Sequence record: NC_061445.1
Reading direction: 5' to 3' (one strand)
DNA: 64,000 nt
Part shown: positions 46,968 to 56,994 of the stretch, one piece after another
Layout: every line of letters begins with the position of its first letter
How positions within the stretch are numbered: position 1 is the first letter of the stretch
Position numbers and translations under genes: made by a program
Notes under the pieces: model-generated
What the model saw: the letters and a program-made list of their open reading frames with translations, nothing else
What the model was told of the DNA's origin: nothing
The model's database searches: none

Positions 46968-47426
46968 ATGGGAGTTGTTCGCGGTATAACAGCAACCACG
47001 TTCCCATCACGGGGACGTGACGAGGGCCAGAAGATTGCTCTCAAGACTCGCTGGGGAATCTACCCAGCAGTCATCGTTCGTCAAGACAACGATCAGCCAT
47101 ACAATGAGATATGGAAGATCGATGCGAAGAATCTTCCTCGTCGCTATTTCACCGAGAGCGACGACCTGTTCGTGTCGCGTCATTACATTGAGAACTACGC
47201 CAAGCATTCGCCTATCTGTGCTAAGGGTGAGCTTGAAGGTCAGTTTGTCGATGTAGTGTTTGACTACGACACGGCGAACAAATGCGAGGGCGTCATCATG
47301 ACGCATCGTGATCTGCTTTTGGTAATTCTGATTACCACGGGCCCACATTCAGGACGCTACGTCACAGGCAAAGAATGTCAGTACGCACCGCGTCCTCGTT
47401 CCACCAAAGAACTAATCGACAACTAA
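46968..47426 (+). CDS. Hypothetical protein
   Basis: 152 aa with AGGAG RBS. Confidence 0.7.
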   Translation: MGVVRGITATTFPSRGRDEGQKIALKTRWGIYPAVIVRQDNDQPYNEIWKIDAKNLPRRYFTESDDLFVSRHYIENYAKHSPICAKGELEGQFVDVVFDYDTANKCEGVIMTHRDLLLVILITTGPHSGRYVTGKECQYAPRPRSTKELIDN

Positions 47427-47436
47427 GGATATAAGA

Positions 47437-48006
47437 ATGCAATTTAAAGTAATGCCAGATCTCGAACGTTTCCCTGACTTCATTATGCCTAAACGCGCCA
47501 CTGCGCATTCTGCTGGGTTTGATTTGTTTGCTCAGGAAGATATGATTATCACTGAACAAACAACTCTGTTCGAGCTGGGCTTCAAAGCTGCCGTACCCCG
47601 CGACTTTAGCGGCGCAAATGATCAGGTACCGAAAGAGTATGTCGGCATCATCTTCCCTCGCAGCGGCCTGGGTGCTAAGTTCAACTGCCAACTGTCAAAC
47701 ACTCTGGGCGTTATTGATTGTGATTATCGCGGTCAGTGGATGGCTGCCATGCACCTCGGCGGTAAAGGCACTAAGAGCGGCGCACTTGAAAAAGTACGTG
47801 CTTTATTACAGCGCGTTGCGCCTGCGGTCGCTTCTCTGGTATCTGGTCCCGACACCCAACTTGCGCTTCACATCAAACGCGGCGAAGCATTTGCACAAGT
47901 GCTGTTCTTCGAAGTGCCTATGATGGATATCGTTCAGGTGGCCGAGCTGGACGACACTGAGCGCGGCGAGGGTGGCTTCGGTTCTACCACGAAGTCTCGT
48001 GGTTAG
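47437..48006 (+). CDS. dut: Trimeric dUTPase with a roughly 30-aa insertion
   Basis: Motifs I-V: AGFDL, PRSG, GVIDCDYRG, FAQV, RGEGGFGST. Confidence 0.92.
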   Translation: MQFKVMPDLERFPDFIMPKRATAHSAGFDLFAQEDMIITEQTTLFELGFKAAVPRDFSGANDQVPKEYVGIIFPRSGLGAKFNCQLSNTLGVIDCDYRGQWMAAMHLGGKGTKSGALEKVRALLQRVAPAVASLVSGPDTQLALHIKRGEAFAQVLFFEVPMMDIVQVAELDDTERGEGGFGSTTKSRG

Positions 48007-48214
48007 TTTCATTGTCATATTGACTGCCTACTATATTGTGGGCGTCATCATTTTTGTGCGGGACGTCATGAGCCTTGACGACGATGATCCAGCGCTCAAG
48101 ATTCTCAATCAAACATTGGACAAAGAAAGCGACCGAAGCGTTCTTTGGACGGCAGTGAAGCTGGCAACGTTCATTGTATTCGTGCATATCCCTATGTGGA
48201 TTATCCGATTATAG
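47972..48214 (+). CDS. Small membrane protein (start uncertain)
   Basis: Two hydrophobic segments. Confidence 0.45.
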   Translation: MASVLPRSLVVSFIVILTAYYIVGVIIFVRDVMSLDDDDPALKILNQTLDKESDRSVLWTAVKLATFIVFVHIPMWIIRL

Positions 48215-48272
48215 TGATGTTACTCACACGAGGGGCCTTACGTGGGCTCCTCATTATCGTAATATAAACACT

Positions 48273-48587
48273 ATGGCAAAGAAAACTTATCTGCTACCCC
48301 GAGAGCGACCAAGCCCGTTGCCTAACTTACGAGCCTATCTCGCGTATCTCGCCCGGAAGCCAAACGCTAATCGTGAAGTATTAGAATCGTACTGCAAAGC
48401 AAGTCTGGCCCAGATGCGTCGCAATCGTTTCTTTGTAGGTAAACTCTTTGGCTATAAGGTGTATACGAAGTCGAACAAGCTCGCATACACGGTTGTGTGG
48501 ATTGACCCATACAACTATGACTGTCTTGTTCTGAATCATCAAAGGAGAGAAGTAGAGTTCAAAAACCTTTATGGCCTGCTTTTATAG
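48273..48587 (+). CDS. Basic hypothetical protein
   Basis: ATG 48273, in frame with the track ORF. Confidence 0.5.
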   Translation: MAKKTYLLPRERPSPLPNLRAYLAYLARKPNANREVLESYCKASLAQMRRNRFFVGKLFGYKVYTKSNKLAYTVVWIDPYNYDCLVLNHQRREVEFKNLYGLLL

Positions 48588-48624
48588 TTAGGTCCTAGCG
48601 CCTTCACACTAGGGGATTCTTCCG

Positions 48625-49305
48625 ATGATAACTGTTCTTAACAATCGTACCGACGAGGTAATTAAACGCCTGAACGTAGCAGTATGGTCTTGTGTAGCGT
48701 TTGCAACTGTATGTCTGATTGCAGTGCTCTTAACGCCAGCAAACGCCAGTATGTCTACAGGCCCTGACAACGCCATTGATATGTCTTCCACCGTGTCGCT
48801 CGATCCCTCCAATCGTGTAGCGACAAAATACAAGGAGATCGAAAAGGCAATTGTAGTCAAAGAGGAACGAAGGCCAAAACGCTATGTAACACGCGAGCGC
48901 CTCCGACAACTCTATGCGCATCTGCCTCACCCGACTGACTTAGGCAAGCAGATTGATTTGGCCGCAGAGAAGTACAGTGTAGACGCAAAATTGCTTCTCT
49001 CTATCTGCGTCTCCGAGTCGCATCTTCGTGCTAAAGTCAGGAACAAGTCCGGCGCTACTGGCTTATGTCAAGTAATGCCAAAGATGCACGGACGTTCTGC
49101 ACGGGAACTCATGGACTACCGAATCAATCTTGATCAGGCAGCCCAGATAGTAGCAACACTAAACAAGCAGTGTAAAGGTCGTCGTGCTTGTGTCATTCAG
49201 GCATACAACACTGGTTGGGGAGCATATTTAAAAGGTGTGCGTTCACCACAATACTTAGCGAAAGTCCAGACCGAGTATCGCAAAAAGCATACTCCTTCTT
49301 CCTGA
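48625..49305 (+). CDS. SLT-domain lytic transglycosylase with N-terminal membrane anchor
   Basis: ICVSES (catalytic Glu), GATGLCQVMP, QAYNTG motifs. Confidence 0.85.
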   Translation: MITVLNNRTDEVIKRLNVAVWSCVAFATVCLIAVLLTPANASMSTGPDNAIDMSSTVSLDPSNRVATKYKEIEKAIVVKEERRPKRYVTRERLRQLYAHLPHPTDLGKQIDLAAEKYSVDAKLLLSICVSESHLRAKVRNKSGATGLCQVMPKMHGRSARELMDYRINLDQAAQIVATLNKQCKGRRACVIQAYNTGWGAYLKGVRSPQYLAKVQTEYRKKHTPSS

Positions 49306-49319
49306 TAGAGGATATAATA

Positions 49320-49994
49320 ATGAACATGAATATCACCACACTGTACAAGATGCAATTCCAGTTGCTGAAACCTTTCTCGCCTCGTCAGGAGTATGCGCTT
49401 GTTGTGCTGCTTAATGACAACGTGCGTGATGGTGACGTTGCTGCAATGGCAGAGATAATCGTTCGTGACTACCCGCACGTTGCTCGTCTGTATGACGCGT
49501 TCGCTGCGGCTAATCAGTATGAAAACGCAGTGCCATTCATCGTGCCTGTGTTGAACTCGGAAGAAGTGACCGAAGAGATCTTCTGCATCCGTGATCACGC
49601 GCTGGTTGTAGCCCCGGAATTACGTGAACTCCTGCAACAGGCTTTATCTCGCGTTGTGATGATGCGCGAAACGCCTGATGAATTGCTGATGCGTGACGGC
49701 ATCGAACTGATCTTAGTCGCAGACGCTATTCCACATCTGCTCGGTCAGTTTGTTGACAGTATGCTTGACGCGTACAACTGTGGTGTGTTGCCAATGGTCG
49801 TGCGTCCGACTAAAGGTCAACAGGCGATGCGTGATGATCGTCTGCTGTCCTTCGAGTTGCTGCGCGAACATGATATGTTCTCTGGAAGTCTGGACTTCAC
49901 TAAAGCATTACAGCCGAGCGAACGTGCTCGCGTTGTAGCCCAACAACTGCTTGCCCGCTTGCGCAATAACACGCTGCAAGCTGTAACACAATAA
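49320..49994 (+). CDS. Hypothetical protein
   Basis: ATG 49320 after GAGG. Confidence 0.65.
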   Translation: MNMNITTLYKMQFQLLKPFSPRQEYALVVLLNDNVRDGDVAAMAEIIVRDYPHVARLYDAFAAANQYENAVPFIVPVLNSEEVTEEIFCIRDHALVVAPELRELLQQALSRVVMMRETPDELLMRDGIELILVADAIPHLLGQFVDSMLDAYNCGVLPMVVRPTKGQQAMRDDRLLSFELLREHDMFSGSLDFTKALQPSERARVVAQQLLARLRNNTLQAVTQ

Positions 49995-49998
49995 AACA

Positions 49999-50029
49999 AA
50001 CGGGAGACCTTAACTGGTTTCCCGTTTTT
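49999..50029 (+). terminator. Intrinsic terminator
   Basis: ACGGGAGACC...GGTTTCCCGT plus T-tract. Confidence 0.7.
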
Positions 50030-50054
50030 CATTTCTGCGCAAATTTTTGAGACT

Positions 50055-51005
50055 ATGACAATGACAAAGACTGCTACCTTCCCGTGGAAAAGTGCCGACC
50101 ATCGTAACGTGGATTTCGCACTGCGTATCAACAAACTGAATCTGATGGAAACGTGGAACTACGTTAAGGCTAATAACAAGCCTGACGCAGAAGGTGACGC
50201 GCTTCTATCCATGATGCACTACCACTCTACCGAGCACATGCGTCAGGTAACAGTGATTGCTCTCTGGTTGTTAGAGCGTGAGTCAGAACAAGCATGGCAG
50301 TATGACGTCGGTGCGTTACCTCTGGCAGTCGCGTGTATGTTCCACGACATGAATCACTCGCTCGGTAAAACTGACGACGAGCAGAACGTGGCCGTAGCCC
50401 AAGAGGCATTCAAGCAGTATCTCACTGTTACCGAAGATCAGCGTATCATCGATCAACAGGACATTATTCTTGAGCTGATCAAAATCACTCAATTCCCGTA
50501 CTCGGGGACACGTCAGCCGAAGAATCTTGTCGAGCGCTGCATCCGTGATGCGGATATCCTGTACGGTATGCAGGAAGATGTTATCGACTATGTAATGTTT
50601 TCGCTTCGCCGTGAACTGAATCGTCGTCCGAAAACTTCTACGTTGAAGTATGACCGAGAGCAGTGGGCAGCAATGCGCATTGACTTCCTGTTCTCAATCG
50701 AAATCTATACGCCGACAGCCGAAGCAATCATGGGCTGGGAGTTGTCTTCGACCAACGACAATAGCCACGAAGATAAATTGCAGGTGTGGGTGAGCGATGA
50801 CCCTGTGTTCTACGTTACCACCGCAAATGCGTTGAAAGCGAATGACGTGTTGTTTATCGACACGCCAGAAGACGCAACGACGAAGCGCCGTCTGATCGAG
50901 CGCATTACAGACATGGGTGTTGGCTTCAACATCTATTTCAATGACGGTGACTCGCTTCATCTGCGCAACGGTGAGAAGTGCGTAGCAGTCGAAAGACGCA
51001 AATAA
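50055..51005 (+). CDS. HD-domain metal-dependent phosphohydrolase with small C-terminal domain
   Basis: YHSTEH, CMFHDMNH and IRDADI motifs. Confidence 0.8.
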   Translation: MTMTKTATFPWKSADHRNVDFALRINKLNLMETWNYVKANNKPDAEGDALLSMMHYHSTEHMRQVTVIALWLLERESEQAWQYDVGALPLAVACMFHDMNHSLGKTDDEQNVAVAQEAFKQYLTVTEDQRIIDQQDIILELIKITQFPYSGTRQPKNLVERCIRDADILYGMQEDVIDYVMFSLRRELNRRPKTSTLKYDREQWAAMRIDFLFSIEIYTPTAEAIMGWELSSTNDNSHEDKLQVWVSDDPVFYVTTANALKANDVLFIDTPEDATTKRRLIERITDMGVGFNIYFNDGDSLHLRNGEKCVAVERRK

Positions 51006-51064
51006 TAGGCTGAAATCGCCGTACTGTCTAAAGTGCGTTTATGCTACAATATGCGTAGACGCAC
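50998..51064 (+). promoter_or_regulatory. Composite early promoter element, copy 7 (degenerate box)
   Basis: GCAAATAATAGGCTGAAAT; TG-c-TACAAT 51045 at 39 nt; TGCG/CGCA hairpin. Confidence 0.55.
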
Positions 51065-51082
51065 TAACAAAGAGAAAACGAT

Positions 51083-51787
51083 ATGAAGCCATTAAAACGC
51101 ATCTATATTGGTTCAGATACAAATCTGTTTGCGATTAACGCCATCGTCCATCGAACCGCATTTATGTATTTGGACGTCACGGTACATTCTGATACTCGGG
51201 GAGACAGGGAAATAAAATTACCTGTGCGTGTCAATCCTGATGTTCCTGCCGAATTACGTATGGCCGGTGTGAGTTATGGTATATACATGCCTGTATTAGC
51301 GTGTCACCCTGCTTCTGATACCGAGTTCCACATTGAGCTGGGTTACACCGATGTTGACGCGAAGCACTTCGACCTGTACAGCCAGAAGTGTACGCACTGG
51401 GCGTATATGGGGCTGCTGCCGGATGTAGCTACTTCTGATGTGCGTGATGCTCGGTACGTTGCCCCGTTGCGTGTGTACGAAGTACCGAAGCCATTCAACA
51501 TGCCTGCCAGATATCACCACTATCGCAAATACGGCGCATCGTTGCGTACTGACTATCTGCGTACTTCTGCGCTCGATAGCATTGACGATGAAACGTGGGC
51601 GGCGCTTCTAAGCAAACCTGACCACGGTACTTCATGGTCGCAGTTCTTGAACTCTGTTACTAATGGTCGCTTGACGCCGCATGACGATCTGTCCGAGTGT
51701 CTCGTAGACATTGACCAAGAGTTCATGCCCGAGAACGTCATTAAACGTCTGCGTCTTGCTCAACTCGAAAGACGCCTGAGAGGTTAA
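51083..51787 (+). CDS. Hypothetical protein
   Basis: 234-aa ORF. Confidence 0.7.
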   Translation: MKPLKRIYIGSDTNLFAINAIVHRTAFMYLDVTVHSDTRGDREIKLPVRVNPDVPAELRMAGVSYGIYMPVLACHPASDTEFHIELGYTDVDAKHFDLYSQKCTHWAYMGLLPDVATSDVRDARYVAPLRVYEVPKPFNMPARYHHYRKYGASLRTDYLRTSALDSIDDETWAALLSKPDHGTSWSQFLNSVTNGRLTPHDDLSECLVDIDQEFMPENVIKRLRLAQLERRLRG

Positions 51788-51789
51788 TC

Positions 51790-52020
51790 ATGATGCACGA
51801 TATATACAAGGTGAGTGCTGTCCTGTTCTATCTGCTTGGCGCTATGGCTTTCCTTGCACATATCGTTGGCTTCGTGAAGAACTGGATGAAGATAAAAGAG
51901 ATGCGGCAGAAAGCACAGGCGAAGATTGCTAAAGTGAAAACGCCGCATGAATTGATTAAACGCCGCTTGCGTAAAGCAGAAGAACGCGCACGGTACCGCC
52001 CGCGTAAGATAGGAAATTGA
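51790..52020 (+). CDS. Small protein with N-terminal TM segment and basic tail
   Basis: SAVLFYLLGAMAFLAHIVGFV. Confidence 0.6.
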   Translation: MMHDIYKVSAVLFYLLGAMAFLAHIVGFVKNWMKIKEMRQKAQAKIAKVKTPHELIKRRLRKAEERARYRPRKIGN

Positions 52021-52022
52021 CT

Positions 52023-52331
52023 ATGCCTGTTGTTACTCGCAGTAAACGTCTGGAAGATAAAGTCAAACACGCTGTAGAAATGTGTTGGGATGAAACTACT
52101 ACAGACAATGAGGGGCCGAAGACGTATAGTTTCTTGGCCACAACATTTGCACAGGATGGAAAAGAACTGCATGGCAGGGAAGTGCAAATGATCAACCATA
52201 TCCTGAGTGATGCGCGTTACGTTAACCTTTATGGGCGCTACGTGACCGCGTTACAAAAGAGCAAGCACGGTGACAGACTCATATTCCAACCCGTCGCTGA
52301 TCTCGAAGACATTATTGAACTGGAGCTGTAA
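52023..52331 (+). CDS. Hypothetical protein
   Basis: ATG 52023 after AGGA. Confidence 0.6.
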   Translation: MPVVTRSKRLEDKVKHAVEMCWDETTTDNEGPKTYSFLATTFAQDGKELHGREVQMINHILSDARYVNLYGRYVTALQKSKHGDRLIFQPVADLEDIIELEL

Positions 52332-52332
52332 C

Positions 52333-52641
52333 ATGGAAAAGATTAAACCTAATCTGCAATATATCCAAACGGTAACGCTGCGTACTCTTGAGGACATTGC
52401 GCAGCGTAAGCGTGAGCGCAATCTTCCGCCTAACACGTCATTCTCTATCAAGCAGTCACATCTGTTCCCTGAGCATGAGATGACGATTCGTAATGCAAGC
52501 GACATGGCGATCTTTCTATCATCACCGAGTTTGTGTGAAAAGTATGGTCGCTGGGCGATAGCTCCTGAGCGTAATGCACAAGGGGATCGCGTTGTCGTCT
52601 TCGTCCCTGTCCCAGAAATCCCTGATGTTGAGGAGCTGTAA
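52333..52641 (+). CDS. Hypothetical protein flanked by 16-bp direct repeats
   Basis: ATG 52333 after GGAG. Confidence 0.65.
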   Translation: MEKIKPNLQYIQTVTLRTLEDIAQRKRERNLPPNTSFSIKQSHLFPEHEMTIRNASDMAIFLSSPSLCEKYGRWAIAPERNAQGDRVVVFVPVPEIPDVEEL

Positions 52642-52642
52642 C

Positions 52643-53221
52643 ATGGAGCAGATCGATTTGTTTGATACTAAAGGTGCCCACGAGATTTCTGAGTATATAG
52701 AACTCGGTTCAGATGGACTTCCTCTAATGTTGGCTACACGCAATGACTGGCGAGTGTATGCTGCGTTCGGCGATCCTGTAGTGCGCGCGGAACTTTTGGA
52801 AAAGCACCCAGACCTGAAGCCGGGAAAATTGAAGTTCCGCAAGAAGCTGGTCATGATTCAAGAGTTTGTGTTGGTCACTCATGACACACTCAAGGAAAGT
52901 CTGCGCAAGAAACAAGGCGATGTATACTCTGGAAGCTACGACAGGGACCCGCAGTACCTGATCAATGTGTATAATCACACTGAGAAGGTAGCGTTGTTCA
53001 TGCGTGACTTCGAAGACTTCATGTCGGGCTTCATGAACGCCGTGCATCTGTTCACTGTGTCAACTGTGTATGACGGTCGCCTGTTGATCTTCGCAGAGAA
53101 CGGAGCACCTATTGTCTCCGCAGAAGAAACGCTGGAGATGCTTAACGAGATTGAGCACTTCATTAACCGAAGCAAAGTGTATCGCGTACACTCACAACAC
53201 GCCATCTACCGTACAATCTAA
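52643..53221 (+). CDS. Hypothetical protein
   Basis: ATG 52643 after GAGGAG. Confidence 0.65.
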   Translation: MEQIDLFDTKGAHEISEYIELGSDGLPLMLATRNDWRVYAAFGDPVVRAELLEKHPDLKPGKLKFRKKLVMIQEFVLVTHDTLKESLRKKQGDVYSGSYDRDPQYLINVYNHTEKVALFMRDFEDFMSGFMNAVHLFTVSTVYDGRLLIFAENGAPIVSAEETLEMLNEIEHFINRSKVYRVHSQHAIYRTI

Positions 53222-53268
53222 TCTATCAATAGCGGCAGCGCTCACGGGTGCTGCACAGGAGAAACATT

Positions 53269-54915
53269 ATGTCATTCGATATGCGCAAAAACGTACTCAT
53301 GGTTCGCTCTATGTCTCACGGCCAACCGTTCTATAACTTCTACAATGCAGTGGGCATCGAGTTTACGCTTGCCGGTTACCAGCTTAAAGAGATTTATGAT
53401 TGCCATTACCAAGGTAAGCTGAGTGGCATTCGCACGTATTGGGGCTTCTCAAACAAAGCCACCAGTGAGACTTTCGAGTTCTCATCGCGCGGCGATCTGA
53501 TGTGGAACGTGTCGCTGAACAATACTTGCCACACTCTGCTTCCGTTTGAAATGATTATCGGGCATGAGGGTTTCAACGTTGTTAATGGCTTCATGATTGA
53601 AGACCATGTACGCAAGCTGATCCGAATCCACCAGAGAGCTGTTGGTCGCACTCTCGAAAGTTATGTGTGGTTCGAAAAAATGACTGAACCTCAGATGCGT
53701 GAGATGCTGGCTGCTCTTGGCCTGGGCCCGCTGCGCATTGAACGTGCAGACCGTGCTGAACTGATCAAGATTCATACCGAATGGCTGCGTAAGCATGACG
53801 ACGAGTTTAAGTATACGCACGATGCTATTGGTCTCGATCACGACCAGAAGATACCTGCTGACTTCTACGATGACCACGGTCGCCGTATCTCTCGTCGTAT
53901 GCTGGCTGCACACAAAACAGTTGAGATGATGGCCACCGAGCTGTCCAATCTCATTCGCATTTTCGACCTGAACCCTAACTTCAATCACAAAGATCCGATG
54001 TGGGAGTTCGGGCTTGCTACAATCGCCGAGCGTTTCATCTATGCAGAAGACGCGAAAGAAGCGCTTGCTGCTATTCTCGAAAACAGCCAGTTCGTTGTTA
54101 ACGGTGTGTATGCGTTAGCGCGTGATTACGATTGGCGTCAAGTCAACGAAGAAACAGAGGAATACCGCCAATCGTTGATTCGTCGTCTGCTGCAAGAACT
54201 GCGCAATGAAATCGAAGCCGAAGATTCGATGTTTGTTGTCGAAGACGGGATTGTGATGATCAAAGCTGTCGCTGTCACTGCGCACAACGAACAACTGTTG
54301 GCCGAACCTGACCTCGAAGAAGATGAAGAAGAGGACGAAGAAGAGGTTGATGAGGTAGAAGATACGTCCGAAGAACAACGCGCCGTGTTGAAAGCACTCA
54401 CTGCTCTGCCTGACGATTCTCTGCGTAAGCTGTGTACTAATCATAAGCTCGCGCCTAAGCATCGTATTAGAAAGCTGACTCGCACTGAGATGATTGAACT
54501 GTGCTGCGATTCATTCGGTACTGAACTGCCTGACGATATGGATGACGTAGACCCAGAAGCTGAGGCGGAAGTTGAGGCAAAAGCTGAATCAGGCAAACGT
54601 CCACGCAAGTACCCAGCTTTGGTTGATGACGTTAATATCAGCTACGACACTATTCGCTCTATTCTCATTCGTGCTAAAATCCCAGGCACTGATCATAAAG
54701 GCGAACTGCATCGTGGTACGAAAGAGGCCCGAGCTATCGCTCGCAAGAAAATACTCAATAGCCTGAAAACTGCTGTTGATACAGGCTTGCTTGAGACACT
54801 GGCTGCCTTTACGCTCGAAGCACTCGCCTGTGCTCTGACTAAAATGAAAGACGGTGATCGCTATCCTCGTGACTCTGCGTACCTGAAAGAACTAATTAAA
54901 CACGCAACTCGTTAA
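53269..54915 (+). CDS. Large acidic multi-module protein with two Rho-N/HeH-like modules
   Basis: ATG 53269 after AGGAG; modules at about 53671 and 54397. Confidence 0.75.
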   Translation: MSFDMRKNVLMVRSMSHGQPFYNFYNAVGIEFTLAGYQLKEIYDCHYQGKLSGIRTYWGFSNKATSETFEFSSRGDLMWNVSLNNTCHTLLPFEMIIGHEGFNVVNGFMIEDHVRKLIRIHQRAVGRTLESYVWFEKMTEPQMREMLAALGLGPLRIERADRAELIKIHTEWLRKHDDEFKYTHDAIGLDHDQKIPADFYDDHGRRISRRMLAAHKTVEMMATELSNLIRIFDLNPNFNHKDPMWEFGLATIAERFIYAEDAKEALAAILENSQFVVNGVYALARDYDWRQVNEETEEYRQSLIRRLLQELRNEIEAEDSMFVVEDGIVMIKAVAVTAHNEQLLAEPDLEEDEEEDEEEVDEVEDTSEEQRAVLKALTALPDDSLRKLCTNHKLAPKHRIRKLTRTEMIELCCDSFGTELPDDMDDVDPEAEAEVEAKAESGKRPRKYPALVDDVNISYDTIRSILIRAKIPGTDHKGELHRGTKEARAIARKKILNSLKTAVDTGLLETLAAFTLEALACALTKMKDGDRYPRDSAYLKELIKHATR

Positions 54916-54950
54916 TCGTCTAACCATACCTAACATTGTAGGGAATCAAA

Positions 54951-55403
54951 ATGAAAGAGAAAAATATTCTGGTACTGAATCGTGTTCGCCTCGTTATGGA
55001 AGATATGCTCGTTGAGCAATTCGCTGACTTGGCCCGTGAAGACCAAGAACGTGCAGGCGACCTGAGCGTTATCATGCTGTCTAAGATTCAGCAGGGTGTT
55101 AACGCTATGCTGGCGAACGGTAACCCAGAAGCATGTTGTCGTGCTGATGTTGCGTGGACAGAATGCTCGTTCTTATCGACGACTGGTCTGTTCGTGATTG
55201 CATCGTCTGCCGATGCTGAGGTGCTCAATCACTTTGAAGACTCGGACTATCTATGCCACATACGGGCTATCGAGCACTTCGCAAAAGAAGCTGGCTTCAA
55301 GTTCACTGTTGAGCCTATTCGTGTAGCGTTTCCATTCGAGAGCACGATCATCCCAGAAGCTCTGCGCTACGTGCCACCTACAGATAACTTGACTAAGCGC
55401 TAA
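54951..55403 (+). CDS. Hypothetical protein
   Basis: 150-aa ORF. Confidence 0.65.
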   Translation: MKEKNILVLNRVRLVMEDMLVEQFADLAREDQERAGDLSVIMLSKIQQGVNAMLANGNPEACCRADVAWTECSFLSTTGLFVIASSADAEVLNHFEDSDYLCHIRAIEHFAKEAGFKFTVEPIRVAFPFESTIIPEALRYVPPTDNLTKR

Positions 55404-55407
55404 AACA

Positions 55408-55487
55408 GCAAAAATCTGGACAAAATGAGGGTAGTATGCGAAACTGCCCTATGCTATAATAGAAGCGTAGCATGTGCTACGCTTTCT
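55408..55487 (+). promoter_or_regulatory. Composite early promoter element, copy 8
   Basis: CTGGACAAAA 55416; AGGGTAGT/ACTGCCCT dyad; TG-c-TATAAT 55455; AAGCGTAGC/GCTACGCTT hairpin. Confidence 0.8.
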
Positions 55488-55511
55488 AACGTATGTCTGA
55501 GGAGACAAATC

Positions 55512-55973
55512 ATGCAAGAGCATAAAGCAACCCCGGCCGATATCGAACTGCAAGATCGTATGATGGAAGCGGGTGTCCAGCGCATCATCGAATTGAAACC
55601 TGAGTGGATCGACGTTTGTACTGCGGGCCTTCGTTTGTACCTGACCGTGTGCGATCAAATCGGCGGTCCGATTCCTGAACTGCGTTTCGTCCATAACAGC
55701 AAACCTTGTCGCATTCAATTCAACTTGAACGAATCGGCAGAAGGTACCGAGTTCACTGCGAACGATATCGATCACGAAAAGCAAATGGCAATATGTGATG
55801 CCATTCTTGATGTGGCCGACGCGAACGAAGATGGCCACTCGCTGTTAGACCTTGCCATTTGTTCTGGTCGCCTGTTCATGATTGGTTATGACGGGCTTGC
55901 GGGTACGGTTGAGAAAGTTTGCTTCCGTTTCGCCAAGAAGAACTACACAATGAATCTGGTCAAAGGTGAATAA
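55512..55973 (+). CDS. Hypothetical protein
   Basis: ATG 55512 after SD hairpin. Confidence 0.7.
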   Translation: MQEHKATPADIELQDRMMEAGVQRIIELKPEWIDVCTAGLRLYLTVCDQIGGPIPELRFVHNSKPCRIQFNLNESAEGTEFTANDIDHEKQMAICDAILDVADANEDGHSLLDLAICSGRLFMIGYDGLAGTVEKVCFRFAKKNYTMNLVKGE

Positions 55974-56664
55974 CATGAAACTCTCGCCAACTATGTTGAA
56001 ACGCAGCAAGCTAAACCCTGATGTGTTTGCGCTTGTTCGTGAAGGTGAAGTGCTGTCCTCATTCAAACCGAGCAAGCTCTTTGCGGCGCTCAATGCCGTT
56101 GTTAAAGACAGCGGGCTGAAAGAAGTCGATATCGTGTGGCGTGACGGTACGCGCACTGTAGAACATCTCATTGTTCACCACACGCGCAAGCTAGTATCGA
56201 CTGACACAATCATGAACTACTACAACGTGTGCCTGATGCTTCGCGCTCAAGGCGCTGCTGCTAGTCTGTCTACGCCTGTAGACATTCGTACTATGTTTGA
56301 TTCGAACGGGCCTCTGATTAGCGAGATTCACATTGACCCTGAAATCGTCGATAAGCTGGTGGAAGCACTTACACCCAAGCACCCTATGTTTGCAGACGCG
56401 CACGGCATCGAAGAAGATGATGATATGTTCGATGATGACGACGATTATGACCCTGATGATGACTTCGACGATGAGGATTATCTCTCCGAAGATATCTCAC
56501 CAGAAGAAGATCGTCTGAGCATTAGCGCTTGGGGATATCGCGCCGAAGACTGGACGACTACTTTGACGGACGACGATATTCAGGAAGTGCATAGCCTCGA
56601 AGTGGGTATTGACCCTGACATTGAATTGCCACTCGCACCTGACGCGAAGGACAAATACTTCTAA
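55966..56664 (+). CDS. Hypothetical protein with acidic C-terminus
   Basis: 232-aa ORF. Confidence 0.65.
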   Translation: MNNMKLSPTMLKRSKLNPDVFALVREGEVLSSFKPSKLFAALNAVVKDSGLKEVDIVWRDGTRTVEHLIVHHTRKLVSTDTIMNYYNVCLMLRAQGAAASLSTPVDIRTMFDSNGPLISEIHIDPEIVDKLVEALTPKHPMFADAHGIEEDDDMFDDDDDYDPDDDFDDEDYLSEDISPEEDRLSISAWGYRAEDWTTTLTDDDIQEVHSLEVGIDPDIELPLAPDAKDKYF

Positions 56665-56855
56665 TGAAAAGCACTAACGAACTGGTCAAAGAATTGAAGC
56701 AGCGCGGCGAGCTTATTATTGACGAGCGAAACAAAGACATGCTGCCTGATTTGACATTCACGCTTGATTGCATGTGTATCACCTACAAGAAGCGGGAAGT
56801 AGAAACAACTAAGCGCGGCCGCGTTGTCAGAATCAAACTGACCAGTATTCACTGA
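56664..56855 (+). CDS. Small basic protein
   Basis: Coupled start. Confidence 0.55.
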   Translation: MKSTNELVKELKQRGELIIDERNKDMLPDLTFTLDCMCITYKKREVETTKRGRVVRIKLTSIH

Positions 56856-56994
56856 TGTTCTCTTTGGCCCGACTGCCCAGCGATGCTCATCCCCCAGAAG
56901 AGGTGCCTCGCGCAGAGGCATGGCAGTTCGGGTCCTTTTTGAAGCGCACTTGCGAGTACGCTGCATAAAGTAAAAACAAACAGGAGGCTGTTGA

